The notes under the pieces: generated by a model | The model's input: the letters and a program-made list of their open reading frames with translations, nothing else | What the model was told of the DNA's origin: nothing | Databases searched by the model: none | Source: an uncultured Acidobacteriota bacterium | Lineage (GTDB): Bacteria; Acidobacteriota; Polarisedimenticolia; J045 | Direction: 5' to 3' | Assembly (NCBI GenBank): GCA_963702425.1 | Contig: CAVPCQ010000016.1 | Coordinates: 160,001 to 224,000, forward strand | Length of the DNA: 64,000 nucleotides | Shown: piece by piece, positions 17,337-33,954 of the stretch | Layout: each line of letters begins with the position of its first letter | Position numbering within the stretch: position 1 is the first letter of the stretch | Position numbers and translations under genes: made by a program

Positions 17337-18047
17337 GCGCCACCCCGGCATCGACCGCGGCTCGTACGTTCCCGCTGCGCCATCGGCGTCTATCGCGTGG
17401 TGGCCGCGCCTGCCGGGATGGAGCGGACGCCCATGGCGGCGCTCCAGCCACTCGAGCATCTGGGGCCCTACGGATGGGCGCCCGGTGCTCGTGTTCAGCC
17501 GAAGGCGCTCGAGAGCCGCCTCGTCGATCCCCTCGCCAAGCCACGTCGCCCAGTCACGGATCGATCCCGGAAACGGGCGCGACGCGGCGAGCAGGTCGCT
17601 CGTCGCCCCAAGGGCATGAGTCCGCGCGCTGGACCAGGGATAGTCGGTCGCGAGCAGTGCGAGGTCCGCGCGGACGGGGTTCAGTTCGACGTACCGGACT
17701 GCCTCCCAGAGGTGCTGGTCGTCGAGTAGGGTCGAATAGAAGCGGTTCGCCCAGAGGTGCCCCGTCCACCCGTTCTGCTCGTTCACGAGACGGGAGAAGG
17801 CCCGGTGTGCATTCCCGATCGCCAGCGCCATCGCGTCCGCCCGCCGCGGCATGACGACGAGATGAACGTGATTCGGCATCAGGCAGTAGGCCCAGACGTC
17901 GAGCGCAAAGCGCTCGGCGTAGGCCTTGAGCAGGGCGAGGTAGCGACCCCGATCGGCGTCCGACGCGAAGATCTCGGCGCGGCGGTTCCCTCGGTGAGTA
18001 ACGTGGTACGGGAATCCCTGCTGCACGAGACGCGCCATGCGTGCCAT
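17325..18047 (-). mobile_element. REP-associated tyrosine transposase-like HUH Y1 protein (RAYT1)
   Basis: YHVTHRGNRR, YCLMPNHVHL (HUH), GHLWANRF, RYVELNPVRA, YPWSS; no tnpB. Confidence 0.9.
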
Positions 18048-18180
18048 CTGCCCTCCGCCCTGCGTGTGTTTCGCGGACTCAATCTGCCACGCGGGGGAAG
18101 GGGCGCTTGCCGACGACCGGGAGACACTTCCCGGGGCGTGGAATGGAGGCCCTGCGGAACCGGTGCGCCCCCGAGAACCG

Positions 18181-18281
18181 CTTACCGGCTTGCGGTTGCT
18201 GTCCCCGATTTGACCGACTTACCGGCTTACGGTTGCTGTCCCCGATTTGACCGGCTTACCGGCTTACGGTTGCTGTCCCCG
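18181..18281 (-). repeat. Right array: three inverted copies of the same core at 37-bp period
   Basis: CTTACCGGCTT(A/G)CGGTTGCTGTCCCCG at 18181, 18218 and 18255, linked by ATTTGACCG(A/G). Confidence 0.9.
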
Positions 18282-19114
18282 GAGACGATGCGGTCCCGGC
18301 CATGGCGATCGGGGTGCACGCGGAACTCGCACCGTCCCGCCGCGACGAACTCCGCTCCGACGAGCACGGTCTGGGACGGTGCGCACTCCACGAGGACCGG
18401 CGCGCCGGACGCGAGACGCGGCGCGACCTCTCGTACGAACGCTCGAATGACGGCCAGCCCGTCCCCCACCACGACCAGCGCGGTGCGCGGATCGTGTTCA
18501 CGGACCTCGGGCTCGAGCGCGTCGAACTCGTCTTCGCGGACGTACGGCAGATTGGCGACCGCGAGGTCGAAGCGCGGCCCATCGGCGAGCGCGCCGCAGA
18601 GATCACTGCGCACCAGGCCGACGTGCTCCACCAGCCCGCAGCGCGCCCGGTTCTCCCGCGCGAGCGAGAGCGCCGCTTCCTCCCGCTCGACCGCCACGAC
18701 CCGCGCCCGCGGCCGCGCCGCCGCGATCGCCAGCGCGAGGCAACCGCCACCCGTCCCGGCATCCAGCACCAGCGCCGCGCGGTCCTCCGGCAGCCGGGCG
18801 ATCGCCAGCAGCGCCAGGTCCTCGGTCTCCGGGCGCGGGACGAGGGCGCGGCGATCGGTGACCAGGTCCAGCCCGAGGAACGGCCAGTGCCCGACGACGT
18901 GCTGCAGCGGCTCGCGCGCTTCGCGCCGGGCCACGAGCACCGCGAAGCGCGCCGCCTCCGCCGGCGCCAGGGCTTCTCCGCCGCGCGCGAAGAGCGCCCC
19001 GCGCGACAGCCCCAGCACCTCCCCCAGCAGGACCTCGGCCTCGAAGGCCGCGTTCTCGATCCCGGCGGCGGAGAGGCGGGAGCGCGCGTCGGCGAGCGCC
19101 TCGCGCAGCGACAC
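18227..19114 (-). CDS. prmC: Release factor glutamine methyltransferase PrmC/HemK
   Basis: EPLQHVVG, ALVPRPETE, LDAGTGGGCLA, ANLPY, directly downstream of prfA; start approximate. Confidence 0.9.
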   Translation of the reverse strand: MSLREALADARSRLSAAGIENAAFEAEVLLGEVLGLSRGALFARGGEALAPAEAARFAVLVARREAREPLQHVVGHWPFLGLDLVTDRRALVPRPETEDLALLAIARLPEDRAALVLDAGTGGGCLALAIAAARPRARVVAVEREEAALSLARENRARCGLVEHVGLVRSDLCGALADGPRFDLAVANLPYVREDEFDALEPEVREHDPRTALVVVGDGLAVIRAFVREVAPRLASGAPVLVECAPSQTVLVGAEFVAAGRCEFRVHPDRHGRDRIVSGDSNRKPVSRSNRGQQP

Positions 19115-19134
19115 GGGGCGGCGGGGCGTCCCGC

Positions 19135-20229
<1,095 letters not shown>

Positions 20230-20280
20230 GGAGCTGTGGCCTCCCGGGGCGTCGCCCGGCAGGGAGGGGCGGCGCCGGTT

Positions 20281-20514
20281 CTACTTCCCGGTGCGGCGCT
20301 TCTCGGCCATCTTCTCCTGCTTGCCGTAGCGCTTCTGGAACCGCTCGACGCGGCCGGCGCTGTCGATGAGCTTCTGCTTCCCGGTGAAGAACGGGTGGCA
20401 GGCGGAGCACATGTCCACGCGCATCTCTTTCTTGGTGCTGAACGTCGTGAACGTGTTGCCGCAGGAGCAGACGACCTGGACCTCGTGGTATTCGGGGTGG
20501 ATTCCGGGCTTCAT
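20281..20514 (-). CDS. rpmE: 50S ribosomal protein L31 (Zn-binding type)
   Basis: [33 protein letters not shown]. Confidence 0.95.
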   Translation of the reverse strand: MKPGIHPEYHEVQVVCSCGNTFTTFSTKKEMRVDMCSACHPFFTGKQKLIDSAGRVERFQKRYGKQEKMAEKRRTGK

Positions 20515-20612
20515 CGCGGGTGTCCCTTCTCGCCCGACCAAGTCCGGTCGAAAGCCCGGTCTTGGCGGCGCGCAGCCGGCGGATAGTAGGCGCTTTCCCC
20601 GGGGGCCGCCAC

Positions 20613-20655
20613 CCCCGGCTCCCGGGTGGCCTGGCGGGCCACCCGGGAGCCGGGG
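20613..20655. other. Perfect 19-bp GC-rich hairpin between rho and rpmE
   Basis: CCCCGGCTCCCGGGTGGCC-TGGCG-GGCCACCCGGGAGCCGGGG. Confidence 0.6.
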
Positions 20656-20744
20656 CTTCGCCCTCTTGCCCGGCGCCGGCCGACGGGCTCTGTCCGGCGC
20701 TCGTCGTGCCGGAGTGACCCCGACCGGCGGGGTCGAGCGACGGA

Positions 20745-21992
20745 TCAGGCGGCCATCTGGTCGAGGAAGTCGGCGTTGCTGGTGCTCTTCCGCAGCCGGT
20801 CGAGCAGCAGCTCCATCGCCTCCACGGTGCTCATCTGGTCCAGCACCTTGCGCAGCACCCAGACCCGACGCAGCTGGTCCGGGGACATCAGCAGCTCCTC
20901 CTTCCGGGTCCCGGAGAGGTTGGCGTTCATCGCCGGGAAGACCCGCCGGTCCGAGAGGTCCCGGTCGAGGTGGATCTCCATGTTCCCCGTCCCCTTGAAC
21001 TCCTCGAAGATCACCTCGTCCATCCGCGAGCCGGTGTCGATCAGCGCGGTCGCGAGGATCGTCAGGGAGCCCCCCTCCTCGACCTTGCGCGCGGTCCCGA
21101 AGAACTTCTTCGGCTTGGAGAGCGCCGCCGCGTCGATGCCTCCCGACAGGATCTTGCCGGTGGTCGGCTGGACCGCGTTGTAGGCCCGGGCGAGGCGCGT
21201 GATCGAGTCGAGCAGGATCACCACGTCTTCGCCGAACTCGACCATCCGCTTGGCCCGCTCGAGCACGATCTCGGCGACCTGGACGTGGCGACTGGCGGGC
21301 TCGTCGAAGGTCGAGGCGATCACTTCTCCCCGGACCGTGCGCTGCATGTCGGTCACTTCCTCCGGGCGCTCGTCGATCAGCAGCACCAGCAGCTTCACGT
21401 CCGGGTGGTTCTCGGCGATGGCGTGCGCGATGGCCTGCAGGAACATCGTCTTGCCGGTGCGCGGCGGGGCGACGATCAGGCCGCGCTGCCCCTTGCCGAC
21501 CGGCGACAGGAGGTCGATCACGCGCCCGGTCAGGTTGTCGCGGGTCGTCTCCATCCGGAGCGGCGCGTCGGGGTGCCACGGCGTCAGCTCCTCGAACTTC
21601 TTCGTGCGCACGGCCTCGGCCGCGGGGCGCCCCTGGATCGTCTCGAGCTCCTGCAGCGCGAAGAACTTCTCGCCGCGCCGCGGGTGGCGCAGCGGCCCCG
21701 TGATCAGGTCCCCGGTGCCGATGCTGAAGCGGCGGATGATCCCGGGCGACACGTAGATGTCGTCCGGCCCCGGCAGGTAGCTGTGCTCGGGCGAGCGCAG
21801 GAAGCCGTAGCCGTCGGGAAGCAGTTCGAGCACGCCGAACGCGACGACGCGCTCGCCCTTCCGTACCTGCTCGACCAGGATCCGGTGGACCAGCTCCTGG
21901 CGCCGCATCAAGGACAGCCCTTCGATCGACAATGACTTTGCGAGCCGGGTCAACTGGCCCGCACGCATGTTCTTCAGGTCGTGGAGGTTCAT
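20745..21992 (-). CDS. rho: Transcription termination factor Rho
   Basis: [51 protein letters not shown]. Confidence 0.97.
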   Translation of the reverse strand: MNLHDLKNMRAGQLTRLAKSLSIEGLSLMRRQELVHRILVEQVRKGERVVAFGVLELLPDGYGFLRSPEHSYLPGPDDIYVSPGIIRRFSIGTGDLITGPLRHPRRGEKFFALQELETIQGRPAAEAVRTKKFEELTPWHPDAPLRMETTRDNLTGRVIDLLSPVGKGQRGLIVAPPRTGKTMFLQAIAHAIAENHPDVKLLVLLIDERPEEVTDMQRTVRGEVIASTFDEPASRHVQVAEIVLERAKRMVEFGEDVVILLDSITRLARAYNAVQPTTGKILSGGIDAAALSKPKKFFGTARKVEEGGSLTILATALIDTGSRMDEVIFEEFKGTGNMEIHLDRDLSDRRVFPAMNANLSGTRKEELLMSPDQLRRVWVLRKVLDQMSTVEAMELLLDRLRKSTSNADFLDQMAA

Positions 21993-22594
21993 GCGTCCTT
22001 CCCGGCGGGGCGCGCGAGCGCCTCGTCGACGATCTTCGACAGCTCCTTCATCCCGGCCCCGGAGTGGGCAGAGGTCGACACGACGGGAACCCAGGGCGGG
22101 AGCTCGAGCTCGCGCCGGGTCTCGGCCGCCGCCTGCGCGGCGCGTGATCCGGAGACCTTGTCAGCCTTCGTCAGCACCACGGCGAACGGTACCTCGCGCT
22201 CCGCCAGGAACGCGGCGAGCGCGTGATCGAGCGGCTGGGGCGGGTGCCGGCTGTCGACGAGCTGCAGCGCGAGGCGGAGCGGCTCGCGCCGCTCGAGGTA
22301 GCTCGCGAGGAGCTGGTCCCACGCCTCGCGCGCACCGGCCGACACTCGCGCGTAGCCGAAGCCAGGCACGTCGACGACGTAGGCGCGATCGTCCACCAGG
22401 TAGAAGAAGATCTCCCGCGTCCGGCCGGGCGCCTTGCTGACGCGCGCGATCCCCTTGCGCCCGACCAGCCGATTGATCAGGCTCGACTTCCCGACGTTCG
22501 AGCGGCCGAGCAGCACCACCTCCGGCCGCCCATCGCGAGGGAAGTCCTCCGGGCGCGCCGCGGCGCGCACCATCTCGACGCTCTTCGGTCTCAC
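21989..22594 (-). CDS. engB: Ribosome biogenesis GTPase EngB/YihA/YsxC
   Basis: [27 protein letters not shown]; GTG start at 22594 inferred. Confidence 0.9.
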   Translation of the reverse strand: MRPKSVEMVRAAARPEDFPRDGRPEVVLLGRSNVGKSSLINRLVGRKGIARVSKAPGRTREIFFYLVDDRAYVVDVPGFGYARVSAGAREAWDQLLASYLERREPLRLALQLVDSRHPPQPLDHALAAFLAEREVPFAVVLTKADKVSGSRAAQAAAETRRELELPPWVPVVSTSAHSGAGMKELSKIVDEALARPAGKDA

Positions 22595-22790
22595 CGCCCT
22601 GCCTTCATCGGGTGCGCGGGCCACTGTGCCGGGCCCGCCGCCCTCATCGTGCTGCCGGGGTCGCGGGGCGAGCCGAAGCTGGCCCGCGACGGGGTCGACG
22701 CCCCGGTCGTGCCGGGGCACCCTCGCGCAGAAGACTATCCCAGGTCGCGCCGCCGCGCAGCCCGGCCGGCACTCGCTCGAGCGAGATGCC

Positions 22791-23633
22791 TCAGAACAGG
22801 TACTTGATCAGCAGGACCTCGTTCCCCTTCTCGCTGTAGATCAGCTCGTCGACCGTGCGACTGGCCAGGAGCAACCCGAAACCGCCCGGCCGCAGCCCCT
22901 GCTCGGCGCGCACGTCGGCGTGGTGCAACGGGTCCTCGGGCGGGTTCGAGACCGCAGCGTGGGGCAGCGCCTCGCGGTCGAAGCCGGGCCCCGGGTCGCG
23001 CACGTAGTAGACGATCGTGCGGCGCGTCCGGATTGCCGCGACCTCGATCACCTTGTCGGGATCCAGCTTGGCCCCGTGCTCGATCGCGTTGAACAGGATC
23101 TCGCGGAACGCCGCCATCAGGTTGTCGCGCTCCGGGTCCGGGAGATCGTCGCGCATCTCGGCCAGGAACTGGATCAGCCGCTCGCCCGTGACGCGGCGCG
23201 CGGTCAGGCGCAGCGCGATCCAGTCGGCGTTGGCGGAGGTGACTTCAATCGCCGTGCGCCAGCTCTCGTCGGCAGCCTCGATGGCCTGCCTCACCATCTC
23301 CGCGATGCGCGGAGCCTCGAACGGAGCGGTGAAGCAGGCGAAGACCCGCGCCCGGAGCGCTTCGATCACGTCCTCCGGACGCGCCGTGGCGGCCAGCAGG
23401 ATGACCGGGACGCCGGGCCGCGCGGCGCGCAACTCGGCCAGCAGCGCGATGTCCTCGTGGATCGTGCGTTCGGGGTCGGTGACGACGGCATCGTAGGACT
23501 TGCGGCGCAGCCGCTGCAGGGCATCTGCCGAGCCGTGGGCCAGTTCGAAGACGCAGCCCGGCAGGGACGCCTGCCGGACGACTTCCTCCGCGAGCGCGGG
23601 GTCGGTCCGGATGAACAGGATCCTCGCTGCCAT
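22791..23633 (-). CDS. Receiver domain plus RsbW-type HATPase (anti-sigma-factor kinase-like) fusion
   Basis: N-terminal REC-like region (YDAVVTD, PVILL); C-terminal EILFNAIEHG, VRDPGPGFD, GGFGL, KGNEV. Confidence 0.75.
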   Translation of the reverse strand: MAARILFIRTDPALAEEVVRQASLPGCVFELAHGSADALQRLRRKSYDAVVTDPERTIHEDIALLAELRAARPGVPVILLAATARPEDVIEALRARVFACFTAPFEAPRIAEMVRQAIEAADESWRTAIEVTSANADWIALRLTARRVTGERLIQFLAEMRDDLPDPERDNLMAAFREILFNAIEHGAKLDPDKVIEVAAIRTRRTIVYYVRDPGPGFDREALPHAAVSNPPEDPLHHADVRAEQGLRPGGFGLLLASRTVDELIYSEKGNEVLLIKYLF

Positions 23634-23664
23634 CGGGCCCTCGCTCCGCGCTCGCCGTCCGTTC

Positions 23665-25617
<1,953 letters not shown>

Positions 25618-25817
25618 GCTGGACCTCCTCTCGGCTTCCTTCCCACTCCGGGACGGGCACGAGCGGCCGCAGCCGACATCCCGCGGCGACTCGGGCTGCG
25701 CCGGATCATACGAAAATTGTGCGCAAGGGCGGAAGATCGCCGGGCGAGATTTCTCCGATCCGCTGCGTTTACAAGCCGGTTACTAGAAACGGCTGAGTGT
25801 GGGCGGATTCGCCCCGC

Positions 25818-28199
<2,382 letters not shown>

Positions 28200-28247
28200 C
28201 GCGCTCCGTCGCCCGGCGCCCGCCGGGGCGCCGTGGCCGGAAAGACG

Positions 28248-29504
<1,257 letters not shown>

Positions 29505-29520
29505 GTCTACTCCCCGGCCG

Positions 29521-30114
29521 TCAGCGAGGACGCCGTTCGATGACCTGGTCGATCAGTCCGTACTCCGCGGACTCGGCGGCGGAGAGGAAATGATCCCGGT
29601 CGGTGTCCTTCTCGATCCGGTCCATCGTGGCGCCGGTGTGACGGACCAGAATGTCGTTGATGATCACCTTCAGGCGGTCGATCTCCGCCGCCTGGATCTT
29701 GATGTCGGTCGCCTGGCCGCCGAGCCCGAAGGCGAGCGGCTGGTGGATCATGATCCGCGAGTGCGGTAGCGCGGAGCGCTTCCCTTTGGCACCGGCCGCG
29801 AGCAGCACCGCCGCCATGGAAGCGGCCTGCCCGACGCACATCGTGTTCACGTCGGCCTTGACGAACTGCATCGTGTCGTAGATCGCGAGCCCCGCAGTCA
29901 CCGAGCCGCCCGGCGAGTTGATGTAGATGAAGATGTCGCGGTCGGGATCCTCGGCTTCGAGAAAGAGCAGCTGGGCAATCACGAGATTGCTTACGAAGTC
30001 GTCGATCCCGCTGCCGATGAAGATGATGTGGTCCTTGAGCAGCCGGGAGAAGATGTCCCAGTAGCGCTCGCCGCGCGGGGTCTGTTCGACCACCGTCGGC
30101 CAGGGGACCGTCAT
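29521..30114 (-). CDS. clpP: Clp protease proteolytic subunit
   Basis: [28 protein letters not shown]; alternative start at 30165. Confidence 0.95.
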   Translation of the reverse strand: MTVPWPTVVEQTPRGERYWDIFSRLLKDHIIFIGSGIDDFVSNLVIAQLLFLEAEDPDRDIFIYINSPGGSVTAGLAIYDTMQFVKADVNTMCVGQAASMAAVLLAAGAKGKRSALPHSRIMIHQPLAFGLGGQATDIKIQAAEIDRLKVIINDILVRHTGATMDRIEKDTDRDHFLSAAESAEYGLIDQVIERRPR

Positions 30115-30193
30115 ACCCCGAACCGCTGCCTGCTCCCGGGCCGTTTCGAACACCCGCTCGATCATCCGCTATCCTCTGGGAAGGGCTTACCCC

Positions 30194-31486
30194 TCAGGAA
30201 ATCTTAGCTTGCGAGTAGAGCCAGTCAAGGCTCCGGCGGCGCAGGAGATCGCGCTCGAGCCCCTCGAGGTTTCCCGCCTTGGCAAGACGGGTTCGCGCGT
30301 CGGCCACCGGCACGCCCGTCTCCCGGGCCAGCAACTCGATCTCGCGGTCGAGCTCGCCCGGCTCGATCGTCATCCCTTCCTTCTTCACGATCGCGTCCAG
30401 CAGCAGCCGCGCGCGCACCGACCCCTCTGCCGCGCCACGCTCCCGCTCGAGGACCTTGTTCCAGTCGAGCTGGACCTTGTCGGGATCGATTCCGCGCATC
30501 GCCAGCCCGCGGCCGAGGTCCTCCAGGCGGTCCTTCAGCTCCTGGCGCACCAGCGACTCGGGCGCCTCGAACGGGTGCAGCGAGAGCAGGTCCTCGAGCA
30601 GCCGCTGGCGCGCCACGGCGTCGGCCTCGCCGCCCTTCACGCGGTGGATCGCTTCGCGGATCTTCCCCCGCAGGTCCTCGACCGACTCGGCACCGGCGGC
30701 CTTGGCGAAATCGTCGTCGAGCGGCGGGATCTCCGGCTTGCGGATCTCGTTGACCTTCCCCTTGTAGTAGATCGTCTTCCCCTTGAGCTGGTCGCTCGGG
30801 TGATCGTCGGGGTAGCTGACGGAGAATGCGAAATCGTCCCCCGCGTGCAGGTCCTGGAGCTTCTGGTCGAACTCCGGCAGGTTCCCCTCTTCGCCCAGGC
30901 GGACCACGCGCGGCTTGCGCTCGATCACCGGCGCCTGGCCCAGTTCGGCGCCTTCCATGTCCACCGCCAGGTAGTCGCCCATCAGGCTGCCGCGGTCGGT
31001 CACCGGAACGAGCTTCCCCTGCCGCTCCCGGAAAGCTTTGAGTTCCGCTTCCAGCTCCTCTTCGGTCACCTCGACCGCGGGCCGGGCGATCGTCCGGCCG
31101 ACGTAGTCGTGCGGCTCGATCGTCGGCGCGACGTCCACCGCCAGCGCGAAAGCGTACGGCTCGTGTTCCTTCGCTGGCTCGATGTGATCGTGCCCATCAG
31201 CGAGTTCGACCGTCACACCGCCTTCCACCGGGTCGAGCCCCTCGCGCCGGACCGCCTCGCGCGCGAAGGCCTCGAGCAACCGCTCCGCCGCCTCGTGGCC
31301 CAGCTCGCCGCCCAGCCGCTGCCGCACGACTTCGAGCGGGGCCTTCCCGGGTCGGAAGCCGGGGAGCAGCACCCGCTTCCGGTGCTCCCGGAGCAGGTCC
31401 TGGAAGGTCGCCGCCACGTCCGCGGCGGGCACCTCCACCTGGAGTCGGCGGCGGGTCGGGGAGAGCTCGGTCAGTTCGGTCTTCAT
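30194..31486 (-). CDS. tig: Trigger factor
   Basis: LPGFRPGKAP ribosome-binding motif, FKBP-like middle domain, upstream of clpP. Confidence 0.93.
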   Translation of the reverse strand: MKTELTELSPTRRRLQVEVPAADVAATFQDLLREHRKRVLLPGFRPGKAPLEVVRQRLGGELGHEAAERLLEAFAREAVRREGLDPVEGGVTVELADGHDHIEPAKEHEPYAFALAVDVAPTIEPHDYVGRTIARPAVEVTEEELEAELKAFRERQGKLVPVTDRGSLMGDYLAVDMEGAELGQAPVIERKPRVVRLGEEGNLPEFDQKLQDLHAGDDFAFSVSYPDDHPSDQLKGKTIYYKGKVNEIRKPEIPPLDDDFAKAAGAESVEDLRGKIREAIHRVKGGEADAVARQRLLEDLLSLHPFEAPESLVRQELKDRLEDLGRGLAMRGIDPDKVQLDWNKVLERERGAAEGSVRARLLLDAIVKKEGMTIEPGELDREIELLARETGVPVADARTRLAKAGNLEGLERDLLRRRSLDWLYSQAKIS

Positions 31487-31502
31487 GCCTGTCCTCTGGC
31501 GC

Positions 31503-31587
31503 TGGTGCGAAAGGGGGGATTCGAACCCCCACGGCCGAAGCCACGAGATCCTAAGTCTCGCGCGTCTACCAGTTCCGCCACTTTCGC
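31503..31587 (-). tRNA. tRNA-Leu(TAG)
   Basis: GCGAAAGTGGCGGAACTGGTAGACGC..CTTAGGA..long variable arm..GTTCGAATCC..CCA. Confidence 0.93.
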
Positions 31588-31728
31588 ACGGATCGGGGCG
31601 GCGGACGAACCATGGTCTGGATGATAAGGCGAAAGGCGTGACGCGGCGCCCGGGGATCCGGGCGCGGCGCCGGGCGCGTGGTTCGGCAGGCGCGTCGAAC
31701 CTGGCGCGCGCAGCCGTGAGAAGGGTGT

Positions 31729-31804
31729 TGGTGAGCCGCCAGGGACTTGAACCCCGAACCCGCAGATTAAGAGTCTGCTGCTCTGCCAGTTGAGCTAGCG
31801 GCCC
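31729..31804 (-). tRNA. tRNA-Lys(CTT)
   Basis: GGGCCGCTAGCTCAACTGG, anticodon arm GCAGA-CTCTTAA-TCTGC, CCA end. Confidence 0.93.
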
Positions 31805-31911
31805 ACCCGAGCGTTGCTGAGGCCGGAATCGGTCTCCCCTCCGGCGAGCGGGGGATTATACGCGACCAACCCCCGACGGCAACCAACTATGGTTCCACGT
31901 CGCGGGAAGAT

Positions 31912-31988
31912 TGGGGTGGGCGACGGGGCTCGAACCCGTGACAACCAGATCCACAGTCTGGGGCTCTACCAACTGAGCTACGCCCACC
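31912..31988 (-). tRNA. tRNA-His(GTG)
   Basis: G-1 present, anticodon arm CCAGA-CTGTGGA-TCTGG, CCA end. Confidence 0.93.
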
Positions 31989-32060
31989 ACGTCGTTCCAT
32001 GTTCCATCACGGCGCCGACACGCGGCACCCGCCCGGCGAACCGTGTCGCGCCCGGCGGGT

Positions 32061-32137
32061 TGGCGCGCCTGAAGGGAGTCGAACCCCTGACCTGCTGCTT
32101 AGAAGGCAGCTGCTCTATCCACCTGAGCTACAGGCGC
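32061..32137 (-). tRNA. tRNA-Arg(TCT)
   Basis: GCGCCTGTAGCTCAGGTGGATAGAGC, GCTGC-CTTCTAA-GCAGC, CCA end. Confidence 0.93.
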
Positions 32138-32345
32138 GTGGCCGTTCCACCTTGTCGCCAGGCCCGCAGGGCCGGGGGTCGCCCGCCGGAATGCGGCGGG
32201 TATCGCCCGCGAAACGTCGTAACGTAGCCTCTCCCCCCCGCAGGTGCAAGGGGCCGGGCAGCGGGCGGGCCCCCATGGGGAGCGGGAGGCGGGGGTGGCC
32301 GGGCGCGCGACGTCGGCGACGGGGCGCAGCGACACAGGACCGGCG

Positions 32346-32558
32346 CGAATGCACATCCTCCGACAGAGGAGGGGGTCGAATGCACAGCCACCGGTCGACG
32401 CCGGGTCTGGCTGCCGCTGCGCGCTTCGAAACACCGCCGCGGAAGGCCCGCTTCCGACCCGGCCCCCTCCCGCAGCGTGCCCCCGCGCTCGCCCCGGGCG
32501 CTCGTTCCCCGCGGAATGGTGCATTCGACGCCCTTCTCTGTGCGCGGATGGGCATTCG
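32346..32558. repeat. 40-bp imperfect inverted repeat pair upstream of RAYT2, each arm bounded by CGAATGC(A/C)C
   Basis: 32346-32385 versus reverse complement of 32519-32558: 34/40 identical by manual alignment. Confidence 0.75.
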
Positions 32559-32659
32559 AGGCGGCCCTCTGTCGGCACCTTCGCGACCCGGCAATGCATC
32601 GCCCAACGCTGCGGCCCGGGTCCGATGCGGACGGCCGCCCTCCGACGCTAGCTTGCCCC

Positions 32660-33475
32660 ATGCTCCACGCCTCTCCCCGCGCCGCGCACGGCACGCTCCT
32701 GTTTCGCAGCTGGGCCGAGGCCCGCGCGCTCTGGGTTCGGCTCACGGCTGGCCTACGCTTCCGGGCCCTCGTGCTGATGCCGGACCACGTCCACGTCCAA
32801 TTGACGGATGCGACGCAGTTGGCGCCCCTGGCGGTGGCACTCCGCAGCTATGCACAGTGGCGCAACGGAGCGCGCGGGGAGTCCGGCCCGGTCTGGGAGC
32901 ACCGGGCCACTCCGACGCCGATCCGCGGAAGCGAACACGTCGAGCGCACGACGCGCTACATTCACCTGAACCCTTGCCGCCGCGGCCTCTGCCATGACCC
33001 GCTCGCCTGGCCGTTCTCGACGCACCGCGATGCGGTTGGGCTCGCGCTGCCGGCGGTGCGGCGTCCGGTCCCCGACCCTGAGCAATTCCACGCGTGGGTC
33101 TCTGGCGATCCCACGGTGGACGCGCGCGGCACCCCGTTGCCGGGCGCGCCGGGCGCGCCCGCACGCACCTGGTCGCTCCCACAGATCGCCGCGGCCGTCA
33201 GCGCGTTGACGCGGACGCCCGATTCGGCGCTGCGCACCCGCGGCCCGGTACGCAGCCTGCTGCTCTGCGCGGCCGCCCGGCTGGCGGTGGCACCGGACGC
33301 CGTCGTCGCGGAGTTGGCCGGCGTGGATCGGTCGACGGCCCGGAGGGCGGCTGCGCGCCGGGACCGGCGGGTGGCCGTCGTCGAGCGCGTAATCGGAGAC
33401 GAGCGCTTCGCGCTGCTGCACGACGGCGACCTGCGGAGGGACCCGGCCTGGCGCGCGTACCGACATCGGTCTTGA
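32660..33475 (+). mobile_element. Divergent RAYT-like HUH Y1 transposase with C-terminal helical extension (RAYT2)
   Basis: VLMPDHVHV (HUH), GPVW, RYIHLNPCRRGL, WPFST; C-terminal VAELAGVDRSTARR is HTH-like; start uncertain. Confidence 0.75.
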
Positions 33476-33498
33476 GGGGGGGCCCTGCAATCGCGGAA

Positions 33499-33603
33499 TC
33501 CGCCCCGGCACGCCTCGGCAAGGTCCGCCCAGTCATGCCTCGGGAAGGTCCGCCCAGTCATGCCTCGGCAGGCTCCGCCCCGGCACGCCGCCGCAGGCTC
33601 CGC
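33499..33603 (+). repeat. Degenerate ~25-bp tandem repeat downstream of RAYT2
   Basis: GCCTCGG(C/G)AAGGTCCGCCCAGTCAT at 33512 and 33537, with diverged flanking copies. Confidence 0.65.
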
Positions 33604-33715
33604 ATCGGGCACCCGCCGCGGGAGGCGAAGAACTGGCGCCTGGCGTCGTTGGGCGAGCGGCGAGGTCCGGGCCCCGGGACGGCCCGGCCGGGACCGGGTC
33701 CGACGGGAAGCGAGT

Positions 33716-33791
33716 TGGCGCGGCTGGCTGGAATCGAACCAGCGACCCCCAGCTCCGGAGGCTGGTGCTCTATCCGCTGAGCTACAGCCGC
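33716..33791 (-). tRNA. tRNA-Arg(CCG)
   Basis: GCGGCTGTAGCTCAGCGGATAGAGC, CCAGC-CTCCGGA-GCTGG, CCA end. Confidence 0.92.
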
Positions 33792-33954
33792 GCGCGGGCC
33801 GGGAATCATAGCGCAACCGCCGCCCGCCGCGCCGGTCGGAGCCCCGCCCCACCTTCCATCGCACTCACGAAAGGCCTGTCGGGCCGGTCGCCGCGCCTCG
33901 CCGGTTGCAGCGGCGACGCTGCGGCAACATCCTCTCCCGCGCGAGGGAGCTGCG

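Noticed and set aside
17325-18047. IS200/IS605 element with TnpB
   Set aside because: No tnpB or RuvC ORF is adjacent, and the motifs (NPVRA, YPWSS) are RAYT-type
18181-18281. Mini-CRISPR array of 37-bp period
   Set aside because: Linkers are only 10 nt and near-identical, and mirrored copies lie on the other side of the transposase
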